Assembly (NCBI GenBank): GCA_002269645.1
Contig: NIVC01002549.1
Span: forward strand, 1 to 60,037
Direction of reading: 5' to 3'
Source: Macrostomum lignano
Lineage: Eukaryota
Length of the DNA stretch: 60,037 bases
Part shown: piece by piece, positions 12,401 to 27,400 of the stretch
Numbering within the stretch: position 1 is the stretch's first letter
How the letters are laid out: each line of letters opens with the position of its first letter
Made by a program: the position numbers and the translations under genes
The notes under the pieces: generated by a model
What the model saw: only the letters and a program-made list of their open reading frames with translations
What the model was told of the DNA's origin: nothing
Databases searched by the model: none

Positions 12401-15400
12401 CATCTACACAAACTACTTCAATATCGACATCAACTCCAACAACAGTTTCTACGACGACACCTGCGACAACTACAACTGGCACAACTTCTTCATCCACAAC
12501 GCAAACGACTGCCACACCGACCACGAGCACCACTGGAACAACCACTACGACAACTTCTACGACTCCTAAGCCAACAAGTAGGTTTTATACTGCTGAGCAT
12601 TTTTCATTCGAAGCCATGTGATTTTTATGGGTTTCAATTGTTTTAATTCGGGGCTCCGAACTACAGCAGTTCTATGAGGGTAGTTAAATCTCTTCACTAC
12701 CCTCATTTAGTCTCTGCTCTTAGTCTATCCAGCTGCACTAAATACTTTTAAGCCCTTTTTAGCACCCAACTTCTATGTAATCCCTTCTGAACCAAAAGGA
12801 TTGTTCCTCAAAATAACCAAAAGGTTAAAGAGGGATTACCAAAAGGTTATCCCTCTCTGCAAAACAGATAAATTTACAAAATAATCTTTAGGCTGAAGAT
12901 AACTACTGAGATAAGCATATAATGTGTTAATGTTAAAAATGATATATATGTATATTGGACCAGATGTACGTATAGATAAAGTATCTCATGGCGTGGACAG
13001 CTGAAGTAGAAGGATGTTACACTCGAAAATCATGTAAATTTCATAGGAAACCAGTTTTTTTCTGCAAAAATGCATTAGCAACATAAGAAGCTGTCACTAA
13101 TTTTAGCACTAAATCATAATATCTCATATTATGGATTTCCGAATTCGGAATTAAGCGAGCAGGGAGTGGTTTCGTTCAAGGAGAAAAATCCGTCTAGAAC
13201 AATACATTAGAAATACAAACAGGTGAAATTTTCTCCGTAACTTTGCTTGCCGACGAGTCCCCCCCTAGTAAGTATTTCATAAAACAATAGCTTGTTAATT
13301 TATGAGTGAGTGAACCCCAGGAAATGTCGACTTGTTTACTTGTCAGAAAGGGAGCTATTCGGCTTTTTTTAGAACTAAAAAGCGAACACCTCCTTATATC
13401 GCCAATGAATTTTGCAATGAAAATCGGCCCCCATTTCAACTTGTACGATTTGCAAAGAAACGCGTCATTTTACTTCGGTTGGCCATGTTCTACAATGAAT
13501 GGTTCATTGCAGATCTGTGGTATCAAAGCGCTCTAAAACAGTTTCTAAATTTAAAACAGATATAACTTCTGCTAAGTAGAAGTTCTGTTTTACACAGCAG
13601 AGTTAACAAATCAGTTTGAAGGATTTATGTTGCTACAGATAAAAACAGGGTCAACAATTTTCAATAGGACTTGAAATTCAGACTGGTAAACCTCTTCGGG
13701 AAAACCTCGCTGCGGGAAAATCTCGGCGGGGAAAACTCGGCAGGAAAGACTCGGTGGGAAAACCTCCCGTGGAAAAATTTTCCTGCCGGAAGGAAGAGAG
13801 GAGAGAGGAGAAAGAAGGTTAGAGAGCAGAGCGCTGGGTAGAGATGTATACATTGAGTGGGCCGGATTGCTAATTGTGAAGTTTTGAAGGACCCGAGGGC
13901 CGGATAGAGAGGCTTTGCCCACGAGCTGACGTTCTCCGACCCCTGATTTACAAAAATTCGATGTGACTCTATGTGACTGCAAGCAAAATCAAACCCATTG
14001 CATGGACATGGGAGGGGAGCAAAATTGGAATGTATCACCTCTAAGCTACACCTCGCAGGGAATTCTGCATCCTTTGTGTATCGTTTATAAAAGTTAACTT
14101 GCTTTGTTAACTTGCTTGTCAACAAGTTAATTGGAAATAAGGACCACAATACGAGAAGTAGAAGTCCTCTCAGACAATAAATTTGGCAGCATTACATTTA
14201 AGCGAGAAGGGAGAATGGGGCATTACTACACAGCACCTCAGAGGCCGTCAGGGCCACATATGAGCGGCGCGGCAAAATTCTAATACCAAGTCAGGCATCC
14301 CGCCACAGATGATCACAAATGGAGTTGAGAATGTGATGGAGAAAGCTTTACTGACCCAGAGAGTGAATTTCACGAATTCAACCAAGCCAATAAAAAAGTG
14401 AGCCACAAAGGCTACTCCAGTCAGGTACTCACAGCCAGCTAGCAGCATTACGAAAAACATCAATTCTTACAGAATGAAAAATCAATGACTAAAATTATTT
14501 ACTATAACTACGAGCTACTCTGATTTTTAAGTATTTCTCAATAACTTTCAAAACGGTACATTTAGACTCATAAAAGTCCAATGCTTACTTTTTTGCCTAA
14601 TTTTCAAGTAATTAGGAGTAATTAAAAACAAAGGTCTAAACGAAATATTGGAAACGTATGTACCTGTTTTATTGCAGTCTGCCCACTGATCAATGGACTG
14701 ACTAGCAGTACCTACATCCCGTCCTACTCTATCAGCGGAGTCTCGTCTGACCCCACATTTGGATACAGCATTTTAAGGTCCACCTCTGGTTTTATGGATA
14801 TCGATCTGTCTGCCGTGAAATGCCGACCAAATCCAGTCTACATTGAAAGGGTAGAGCTTTTTGAATAAAACTATTGTTAATAAACAATTATTAAGCAATT
14901 TCTTTAGAATTCCATTTTTCCATTAAAAAATTCAGATCTGTCTGTACGGAAACATCAAACAAGCTAACATTCACTTAAAAAGAAGCGTCACTGGAAATCT
15001 GGTCTTTTCTGAGCTATCTTTCACAACCACCGGCGACGCCATGGCCGACTCGCTTTGCTACTCGATCGGATTCAACATATCGGCAGTGAGAATTGCTCCT
15101 CAGTTGGTAAAGTCGTATGATTCGGCTGCGACAAACTTCCGGTTTTCCGTCACCATTGAGGGTTGCTTCGAACCACTGCCGAGCACTTGCACTGCGCCAA
15201 CGACTACGACGTCAACTACTACATCAACTACTACACCTAGAACTACCACAAGTGCTACGACATCGACTTCAACAACGACCACCACACCGACCAGTTCGAC
15301 GACTATAACTACTCCAACAACAACATTAACAACAACGACTACATCAACAACTCCAACAACAACGTCGACGACCACGACAACGACGCCGACCACAACGACA

Positions 15401-18400
15401 CCAACAAGTACGACTACAACATCCCCGAGTACAACCTGTGAGTTCATTTCTAGACAATTAAATTGTAAATCCATTTACAAAACTGTTGACTGTCTTTTCT
15501 ATCGATTCTGTATGGGCATTGGAATTTTATATTGCATAAATCTGGCGCTCAATTGCAGATTGCCCCAGTGTCGATGGTATGCTGTACCCTTCGATGATCC
15601 CCGCTATCGACATTGCGACATTCGGTAACAGCACTCGTCAAGTCTCAGGAGCGTTTACACTTCAGCCTAGAACGTCTGTCATTGTCGATATCTCGTCGAG
15701 AGGCTGTCGTCCCGCAACTCGGGTTCTAAGAGTAAGAAAAGCAGCATTTCTGCCAACTGACACAATCATTGACTATAATATCACACTAACCTAAATTTTA
15801 GGTTTGCATAGCTGGAAACGTTGCTCAAGCATTTGTTCTGGTGCGATTCAACACAGACGTGATTCCCTACCTGATCCCTGACTCGGTTACGCTCACTGCA
15901 AAGGAAGGAGAAATTCTGTGCATTGATGTAAACAGAGATGTCATCAGTGTTCAGGTAGAACCGCAGCTATTCAAGACGACAGCAAGTTCCTACTACTTCT
16001 TCTTATCGATCTATGGCTGCTTCAGCAACTTAAACTCGTCCTGCCTTACAACAACCACAACTACTACAACGACATCAACAACCACGCCAACAACAAGTAC
16101 AACAAGTTCGAAGACATCAACAACTCCTACAACAACCAGTACAACTACAACCACGCCTTCAACTACTTCAACGACAACCAGCACAACGAAAAGCACTACT
16201 CCGACGACGCCGACAACAACTTCTACTACAACAACTACACCTACGACCTGTAAGAATTAGTAGTAATAGAAATCTAACCTTTTCGTTTCATTTTATTGTT
16301 TTTTGTTATAATCATCATTTGTCTGTAAAAATATGATTTTTAGACTGTCCTGTGGTCGACGGAATGACAAGCGCGCAGTTTATACCAGATCAAGACATTT
16401 CTGGGGCATCTATTAATCGAGCAGGAGCATTTGTTGTTCCACAACTTAGTTCAATAATGGTGGATATCTCAGCTCGCGGATGTAGGGCGCCAATTCGAAT
16501 TTTTAGCGTCTGTCTCGGTGGAAATGTGCAAACGACTCTGATTTCAGTACAGAACAATCTGGATTCTAGGCTTGTGCTTTTCCCTGCATCCGTTACGGGT
16601 GGAAACGGGCTACTTTGTCTTCAAGTGAACAGAGACATCACCGGTTTGCAGCTGATGCCACAGACAATGACTCCTGGAACAGGATCAGATTTCACGTTTT
16701 ACATGAATATCTACGGCTGCTTCACTGCCTTAAATGCCAGCTGTCTCACTACTACGACTACAACAACCACCACCACAACAACGACACCCACGACGACGTC
16801 AACGACAACGACACCAACGACAACGTCAACCACAACTACACCAACAACATCGACATCGACTACTCCTACTACCACTACAACTCCAACGACGATGTCTACC
16901 ACAGTCGCACCAACAACCCCCACTTCAACAACTACATCAACCACTCCGACTTCGAGTACTACAAGCACGACTACAACGCCTACTACAACTAGTAGCACTA
17001 CTACTACACCGACGACTACTTCAACAACCACTACAACACCTACAACTACCAGCACAACTACAACTCCTACGACAACGTCAACGACAACAACGTCTACAAC
17101 TACTGTCAAGCCTACAATTTGTCCAGCACTCAATGGCCTTAGTGATAGAAAGTACATACCTGATTGGGCCATTACCGGCGCCACTTATGTAACTGGTCGA
17201 TACGAGATGCCAGTGAGTCCGAGACGAGATCTTATCATAGATTTGACAGCTGGAGGATGTAATCCTGTTCCTACATACCTAACGAGAGTTTGTGTGACAG
17301 GAAATGTAAGGCAGGTAACGGTGTCTACCCAGACGACTTATCCGACCGGTCGGTTCGATCTTGTCTTGGAATCCAATTTGGTATCTGTCTCGTCTTCGTT
17401 GACTCCTCTTTGCATAACTCTGGGAGCAAACGCGACAGGAATTGCAATCACGCCAGTCGCACTACTGAACAGCTCGTCGCTGGAAACGAATTATTTATTC
17501 TTCCTGAGCCTTGAGGGCTGTTTCGCGCCTCTGTCTACGGCCTGTCAAACTCAACCTGTAACGACTTCTACAACGTCGACTACTTCATCCACAACAACAA
17601 CTCCCACAACTACTAGCACAACGCCGACATCGACCACAACAGCAACTAGCACTACTACAACCACTCCGTCGACAACAACATCCTGTTTGGTGAACGGACT
17701 CAACGGCGTCTTGATTCCTAGTTCTTCTATCAATGCTCCTAGTTATAATCCGTTAACAGGATATAATGTACCCAGAGGCTCAGTGGAAGGCGTCTATGTG
17801 GACATTTCTGTATCCGGTTGCCGCACACCGATCCTAATTAATAGGGTATGTAACTTGTTCTTTTCTTGATATTTAAATAAAATAGCAATTTCAAATGCTA
17901 AAATTAGATGCGTTCCGTTTTAGATTTGTCTGTTCGGCGGTAATGTAAAACGAGCTGATCTTATCATCCGTCAAGGCTCCACCCTCTACTGGGACTTCTT
18001 CGAGCAGTCGCTGTACAATACAAGTGACACTGCTACACCGCTGTGCTACTACCCAATGCTTCCCATTTCCGAGCTGAGAATTGTTCCGAAAGAGTTTAAA
18101 AGCGCAGCCTCAGGCGATTCGTTGTATCAGTTTTTCCTTTCCATCGAGGCCTGTTTCACTCCTCTGCCAGTATCGTGTACTACGACGACTACCTCAACGA
18201 CAACTTCAACACCAACCACTTCGACGAGCACAACAACGACTGCGACTACACCGACGACAACATCAACAGCGACAACTACACCCACCACGTCGACATCAAC
18301 GACGAGCACGACGACGAGCACAACGACCACTGCTACTACAACTACGCCTTCATGTGCAGTTGATGGCTTGTCGGATGAGCGCTTTATTCCATCATTTGCA

Positions 18401-21400
18401 GTCAGTGGAGCCAATTACACTGCTTCAGGGTACATGATTCGAACTGGTGGTACCTACGCAATGACAGTGGACATCTCCGTGTTTGGCTGCCGCATGCCAA
18501 TTACTGTTGAGAGCGTGAGTATTGAGCAGGAATTTCGTTACAACGTGACACTTTGCTAATACATTTCAGACATACCACTAGACAATACATTGTGTACCAC
18601 ACAACGGTTTTTGCAGATTTGTCTACTAGGAAACATTCAGAGTTCCTACATCCTGTATCAAACTACATACGGAGGACCATTCAGTCCGAATCTTCCGTCT
18701 GCAAGCCAGTCAGCTACTGGGGTTTCCGATCCGTTGTGCTTCACTCCGCCTACAGGAATGATGCTCACTGGTGTGCGCATCTCACCGCAACAGTTGAAGA
18801 GCGCTTTCAGCTCCGACACGGCATTTCGAGCTTACATCACAATCAAGGCTTGCTTCACACCTTTGAATAATACCTGCTTGACAACTCCGACAACAACGAC
18901 CACTACAACAACTACAACACCCACAACAACCACAACAACTACACCGACAACGTCGACCACTACCACTACAACTACTCTGACAAGTACAAGTACTACAACA
19001 GTGCCCACAACAAGTAAATAAGATCGTTACATGATTCTTTTAAGTGCTCAATTGTTATTGAGAGCTGTATTCGAGAAATAGTGTATTAATAACTTAATAA
19101 ATAAGACATTTTCACGTTCATTACAGTTTGTCCCGTCGTTAATGGTTTATCGAGTCCTGTGTACTTGCCGCAATTTACGATCACTGGTGCGACGTTTGAC
19201 GGCGCTACTGGCTGGAACATTCCAGTTTCCAGCGGTGGATACATAGCGATTGACCTCACAGCTCGTGGATGCCGGGGAGCCTTGACTGTTTATCAGGTAT
19301 GTATAATAGGGTACAACGAAAGATGACGCAGCTTTTATTTTTAATCTTCTCTGGCTTAACAGTGAAAGTCTATTAAACCACAATTTTGTTATATTTTATT
19401 TTGCTTTTGCACTGTAGTGCCTTTGTTATGTAGGTAGCTTCAACACTAGAAAAATAAATAAGATTCTAGGAAAAGCGCAGGTCAGTTTTAAGTCACTACT
19501 AAACATTTTTGGTTCATCAAAACTGGCACGGCTTCCCTGATTCTCATTATTACAGGTTTGTCTAATTGGAGGTAATGTGAAGATGGCAAACGTAATATAT
19601 CGAAGAACATATTCCGACTATCCGGTTATCTTCGCCGACTCAATAAACTATGAAACTAGTAGCTCTCAACTGTGCTACAATTTGAACATCGACATGGTTG
19701 AGCTCCAAGTCAAGCCTACTGCTCTTCGAGCTCCTGCAACGAACTATCAGTTTTTCTTGACTATACGAGCTTGCTTTTTGCCGCTTAACGACACATGTCA
19801 AACAACACCAACAACCACAACGACTACAACCACGACAACCACAGCAACTACCACGCCTACCACAAGTACGTCAACAAGCACAACAAGTACACCAACAACA
19901 ACTTCAACAACCACAACGCCAACTACTCTACCAACGTCATCTACAACTACAACAACGCCAACATCGACAAGCACCTCTTCGACTTCCACTACAACAACTA
20001 CACCTACCACTACTACAACTACAACTACGCCCACCACGACTGTGACGACGACTCCAACAACTACAATAACAACCCCGACTACTACTACTTGTAAGTTAAA
20101 ACAACGTTTAAAAAGAAACTTTTTAGTTTTAGTTCTCGAGTTTCTTTGGAAACCCAGCTTACAAGATGCGATTAATCATTTGTGCAAACTGACTACTTGA
20201 TTTTCAGCATGCCTCGTTGATGCCTTCAGTCGCTCGGACTTGCTGCCATCATTCGCAGTCACTGGTGGCACATACAGAGAGCTTTTTGGATACATTCTTC
20301 CCCTCAAAGCCGCATTGAAAATCGATCTTACTGTCTTTGGCTGCCGACCCGCTGCTGTGATTTCAAGGGTAAAGTTTAGATGTTGTATTCCTGTTTTCGA
20401 CATGGATATGCTTACTCGCTTAGTAACTACGCTCGTATATAACATTAATCTAACTAATCGTCAACGATCGTGATTGCAGCTGTGCATCGCTGGAAACGTG
20501 TTCAATGCACAAATCTTGATCCGAGAGCCAACCAGCGACAAACTGGTACCCGACTTCAACACGCCAGGAAAGACTTCTTCAACTGGAGATCCTCTGTGCT
20601 ATGATCTTAATAGACTCACCTCTGAACTAATGATTGTTCCTCAAGCTACAAAGCCTGGCTACAACTCAACCGAGTACCAGTTCTTCGTGTCTCTCATGGC
20701 CTGCATCAATCCTCTTAACTCCACGTGTCTGACCACGCCGACCACAACGACCAGCACCAGCACTACCAGCACGACTACAACTACTACAACGCCGACCACG
20801 CCGACTACTGTTACAACAAGCACTACTACAACTACACCGACTACAACTACCACTACGACGACTCCAACGACCAGCACTACGACATCGACGACAACAAGAA
20901 CTACTCTGACCACAACACTGGAAACCACAACGTCTTGCGCTATTGACGGCTTCTACCAGTCCAACTTGATTCCTTCATTCGCTGTAACTGGTGGAGAATA
21001 CGACCCATTCTATGGCTACAGACTTCCTCTGAAGAACGGAAGCCTTGAGATTGATCTGACTGTAAACTCATGTCGGCCGCCAATAGTCGTTGATAGGGTA
21101 CGCGTTTGTATGTCATTTATGACGTGTCTTGAACTATATTTTCCTCACATGTTTCCATACACTGGAATGTCCGCTTATTCTTTCAGATTTGTCTGATTGG
21201 TAACGTGCGAGAAGCCAACTTGCTGTTTGCAAGATTAAGCACTGAAAAGTACTCGCCTGATTTGTCTGCTTCGAGCATCTCAGTTGACACTACGAGTCCG
21301 TGGTGCTACACAGTTCTCAACAAAGAGACTGTAGCTAAAATAGCAATTGTGCCTCTGCGACTCAAATCGTTCTCGACCGAAAGTATGTTCAATTTCTTTG

Positions 21401-24400
21401 TTAGAGTCGATGCCTGCTTCACGCCGCTAACAGGCGCCTGCCTCACGACTCCAACGACTACCACCACAACTACTACTCCAACGACAACTTCAACCACGAC
21501 TTCAACGACAACGAGTACGACGACTACAACACCCACAACGACGACTCCAACAACCAGCGCATCGACTAAATCTCCAACAACTTCGACCTCTACTCCAACT
21601 TCAAGCACATTGACAACATCAACAAGTTCTACAACTACAGCGACCACCACGTCGACTGCTACAACTACGCCAACTACCTCGACCACATCAACAACCACTA
21701 CTTCTACTACCCCTAAACCAACTTGTAAGCAACTTACACGAGTAAAGTCAAATTTTACTTCTTCGTTAGTTTGCTGAATCTAGTGTCATCTGAATCGCGG
21801 TAATTACTTTTAGTTTGTCCTGCTGTCGATGCGATCGCTGATCCATCGTTGCTGCCTTCCTGGGCCATCAGTGGAGCAACATTCTCTTCTGTCTTGGGCT
21901 ACACAATGTCTAGAGCACCCGGCGAAGGACTTTTCATCGATTTGACATCCAACAACTGCCGCAGACCAGAATACATCACACAGGTACAATTAGGCTCTGT
22001 AGCATTGTTATTTTATTTGTCAGTGAAAGCTTGTCAAGATTCAATCTCTAATCGAAATTTTCATGCATTTTAGGTTTGTCTTATCGGTGGCAATGTAAAG
22101 AAAGCTGACCTCATCTACCAGACATCGGCATCGGTGCCCTACCTGCCACTGGTTCAGTCCACAACTATTATTCAAGACGGTCCAGGACTGCTGTGCTACG
22201 ACCTGAACTTCAACGTGAGCTCTATCATCATCGCACCGAAGGAACTGAAGTCTTCTGCAGCCACCGGATCTAGCACTTACAACTTCTTCCTGTCGGTGTA
22301 TGGCTGCTTCATGCCGATTCCAGGATGCACTCCAACAACCAGCACAACGACCAGCACGACGACAAGCACTAGCACAACCACGTCAAGCACGACCACAAGT
22401 GCAGCTACAACCACCACGACCCCCACGACCACTACTACTGTTGGAACCACTTGTAAGTGAAGAAAAAGAATGACAAATTTAGCCGGCCGCTCGAACAGGC
22501 CTGTTTTGTGTTTCTCGCACTAATATTTCCCAAAGAAAAGTTGTTCTTTGGCTTCATTTGACTTCGCTGCTTATCATCCCTGAATTATCTGTGGTAATTA
22601 TGTGTAATACTCGTATTCTTTAAACTTTATTTTTAGTCTGTCCAATGGTTAATGCTCTGACGGACCCATTGCTGCTACCGATGGATTCCATCACAGGGGC
22701 CACCAGCTTTAGCGACGCTACTGGCTTCAATATTCGCACTGGAACGGATGGATATTTGACTGTGGATATTACTGTCAGAAACTGTCGTACTGCTATATAT
22801 GTTGATAGGGTAAGCTTTAAAAAGCTGGTCAAATTTTAGGTATATGATTGCCGTTTGAGAATAGAAATTAATGTCTCTTTCTTCAACAATTTCTAGTTGT
22901 GTCTCTCCGGAAACGTTAGAGAGGCTACGATTCGATACAAGCAGTTCTATGCGGCACCTTTCCAAAATCTTGCTAGCTTGGTATCCTCAGACACTGCGGC
23001 GGATCTGTGCTTTGACATCGGCTTTCCAGTAGCTCAGTTCATCATTTTGCCGCGCACGCTTAAGACAGCTTCAGCGACGAGCACAAATTTCCAGATGTAC
23101 CTCATCATCAACGGCTGCTTCACAAGAGTTCCAGACATTTGCTTGACTACGACAACATCTACTACTACTACTACTCCGACCACTACTTCAACAACCACCG
23201 CAACAACTTTGAAACTAGTAGCACTACCACAACACCGACGACTACTTCAACAACCACTACAACACCTACAACTACCAGCACAACTACAACTCCTACGACA
23301 ACGTCAACGACAACAACGTCTACAACTACTGTCAAGCCTACAATTTGTCCAGCACTCAATGGCCTTAGTGATAGAAAGTACATACCTGATTGGGCCATTA
23401 CCGGCGCCACTTATGTAACTGGTCGATACGAGATGCCAGTGAGTCCGAGACGAGATCTTATCATAGATTTGACAGCTGGCGGATGTAATCCTGTTCCTAC
23501 ATACCTAACGAGAGTTTGTGTGACAGGAAATGTAAGGCAGGTAACGGTGTCTACCCAGACGACTTATCCGACCGGTCGGTTCGATCTTGTCTTGGAATCC
23601 AATTTGGTATCTGTCTCGTCTTCGTTGACTCCTCTTTGCATAACTCTGGGAGCAAACGCGACAGGAATTGCAATCACGCCAGTCGCACTACTGAACAGCT
23701 CGTCGCTGGAAACGAATTATTTATTCTTCCTGAGCCTTGAGGGCTGTTTCGCGCCTCTGTCTACGGCCTGTCAAACTCAACCTGTAACGACTTCTACAAC
23801 GTCGACTACTTCATCCACAACAACAACTCCCACAACTACTAGCACAACGCCGACATCGACCACAACAGCAACTAGCACTACTACAACCACTCCGTCGACA
23901 ACAACATCCTGTTTGGTGAACGGACTCAACGGCGTCTTGATTCCTAGTTCTTCTATCAATGCTCCTAGTTATAATCCGTTAACAGGATATAATGTACCCA
24001 GAGGCTCAGTGGAAGGCGTCTATGTGGACATTTCTGTATCCGGTTGCCGCACACCGATCCTAATTAATAGGGTATGTAACTTGTTCTTTTCTTGATATTT
24101 AAATAAAATAGCAATTTCAAATGCTAAAATTAGATGCGTTCCGTTTTAGATTTGTCTGTTCGGCGGTAATGTAAAACGAGCTGATCTTATCATCCGTCAA
24201 GGCTCCACCCTCTACTGGGACTTCTTCGAGCAGTCGCTGTACAATACAAGTGACACTGCTACACCGCTGTGCTACTACCCAATGCTTCCCATTTCCGAGC
24301 TGAGAATTGTTCCGAAAGAGTTTAAAAGCGCAGCCTCAGGCGATTCGTTGTATCAGTTTTTCCTTTCCATCGAGGCCTGTTTCACTCCTCTGCCAGTATC

Positions 24401-27400
24401 GTGTACTACGACGACTACCTCAACGACAACTTCAACACCAACCACTTCGACGAGCACAACAACGACTGCGACTACACCGACGACAACATCAACAGCGACA
24501 ACTACACCCACCACGTCGACATCAACGACGAGCACGACGACGAGCACAACGACCACTGCTACTACAACTACGCCTTCATGTGCAGTTGATGGCTTGTCGG
24601 ATGAGCGCTTTATTCCATCATTTGCAGTCAGTGGAGCCAATTACACTGCTTCAGGGTACATGATTCGAACTGGTGGTACCTACGCAATGACAGTGGACAT
24701 CTCCGTGTTTGGCTGCCGCATGCCAATTACTGTTGAGAGCGTGAGTATTGAGCAGGAATTTCGTTACAACGTGACACTTTGCTAATACATTTCAGACATA
24801 CCACTAGACAATACACATTGTGTACCACACAACGGTTTTGCAGATTTGTCTACTAGGAAACATTCAGAGTTCCTACATCCTGTATCAAACTACATACGGA
24901 GGACCATTCAGTCCGAATCTTCCGTCTGCAAGCCAGTCAGCTACTGGGGTTTCCGATCCGTTGTGCTTCACTCCGCCTACAGGAATGATGCTCACTGGTG
25001 TGCGCATCTCACCGCAACAGTTGAAGAGCGCTTTCAGCTCCGACACGGCATTTCGAGCTTACATCACAATCAAGGCTTGCTTCACACCTTTGAATAATAC
25101 CTGCTTGACAACTCCGACAACAACGACCACTACAACAACTACAACACCCACAACAACCACAACAACTACACCGACAACGTCGACCACTACCACTACAACT
25201 ACTCTGACAAGTACAAGTACTACAACAGTGCCCACAACAAGTAAATAAGATCGTTACATGATTCTTTTAAGTGCTCAATTGTTATTGAGAGCTGTATTCG
25301 AGAAATAGTGTATTAATAACTTAATAAATAAGACATTTTCACGTTCATTACAGTTTGTCCCGTCGTTAATGGTTTATCGAGTCCTGTGTACTTGCCGCAA
25401 TTTACGATCACTGGTGCGACGTTTGACGGCGCTACTGGCTGGAACATTCCAGTTTCCAGCGGTGGATACATAGCGATTGACCTCACAGCTCGTGGATGCC
25501 GGGGAGCCTTGACTGTTTATCAGGTATGTATAATAGGGTACAACGAAAGATGACGCAGCTTTTATTTTTAATCTTCTCTGGCTTAACAGTGAAGTCTATT
25601 AAACCACAATTTTGTTATATTTTATTTTGCTTTTGCACTGTAGTGCCTTTGTTATGTAGGTAGCTTCAACACTAGAAAAATAAATAAGATTCTAGGAAAA
25701 GCGCAGGTCAGTTTTAAGTCACTACTAAACATTTTTGGTTCATCAAAACTGGCACGGCTTCCCTGATTCTCATTATTACAGGTTTGTCTAATTGGAGGTA
25801 ATGTGAAGATGGCAAACGTAATATATCGAAGAACATATTCCGACTATCCGGTTATCTTCGCCGACTCAATAAACTATGAAACTAGTAGCTCTCAACTGTG
25901 CTACAATTTGAACATCGACATGGTTGAGCTCCAAGTCAAGCCTACTGCTCTTCGAGCTCCTGCAACGAACTATCAGTTTTTCTTGACTATACGAGCTTGC
26001 TTTTTGCCGCTTAACGACACATGTCAAACAACACCAACAACCACAACGACTACAACCACGACAACCACAGCAACTACCACGCCTACCACAAGTACGTCAA
26101 CAAGCACAACAAGTACACCAACAACAACTTCAACAACCACAACGCCAACTACTCTACCAACGTCATCTACAACTACAACAACGCCAACATCGACAAGCAT
26201 CTCTTCGACTTCCACTACAACAACTACACCTACCACTACTACAACTACAACTACGCCCACCACGACTGTGACGACGACTCCAACAACTACAATGACAACC
26301 CCGACTACTACTACTTGTAAGTTAAAACAACGTTTAAAAAGAAACTTTTTAGTTTTAGTTCTCGAGTTTCTTTGGAAACCCGTCTTACAAGATGCGATTA
26401 ATCATTTGTGCAAACTGACTACTTGATTTTCAGCATGCCTCGTTGATGCCTTCAGTCGCTCGGACTTGCTGCCATCATTCGCAGTCACTGGTGGCACATA
26501 CAGAGAGCTTTTTGGATACATTCTTCCCCTCAAAGCCGCATTGAAAATCGATCTTACTGTCTTTGGCTGCCGACCCGCTGCTGTGATTTCAAGGGTAAAG
26601 TTTAGATGTTGTATTCCTGTTTTCGACATGGATATGCTTACTCGCTTAGTAACTACGCTCGTATATAACATTAATCTAACTAATCGTCAACGATCGTGAT
26701 TGCAGCTGTGCATCGCTGGAAACGTGTTCAATGCACAAATCTTGATCCGAGAGCCAACCAGCGACAAACTGGTACCCGACTTCAACACGCCAGGAAAGAC
26801 TTCTTCAACTGGAGATCCTCTGTGCTATGATCTTAATAGACTCACCTCTGAACTAATGATTGTTCCTCAAGCTACAAAGCCTGGCTACAACTCAACCGAG
26901 TACCAGTTCTTCGTGTCTCTCATGGCCTGCATCAATCCTCTTAACTCCACGTGTCTGACCACGCCGACCACAACGACCAGCACCAGCACTACCAGCACGA
27001 CTACAACTACTACAACGCCGACCACGCCGACTACTGTTACAACAAGCACTACTACAACTACACCGACTACAACTACCACTACGACGACTCCAACGACCAG
27101 CACTACGACATCGACGACAACAAGAACTACTCTGACCACAACACTGGAAACCACAACGTCTTGCGCTATTGACGGCTTCTACCAGTCCAACTTGATTCCT
27201 TCATTCGCTGTAACTGGTGGAGAATACGACCCATTCTATGGCTACAGACTTCCTCTGAAGAACGGAAGCCTTGAGATTGATCTGACTGTAAACTCATGTC
27301 GGCCGCCAATAGTCGTTGATAGGGTACGCGTTTGTATGTCATTTATGACGTGTCTTGAACTATATTTTCCTCACATGTTTCCATACACTGGAATGTCCGC

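Noticed and set aside
13190-14470. Short ORFs inside the 2.1-kb mucin intron
   Set aside because: They have no recognisable motifs and are probably decayed repeat sequence.
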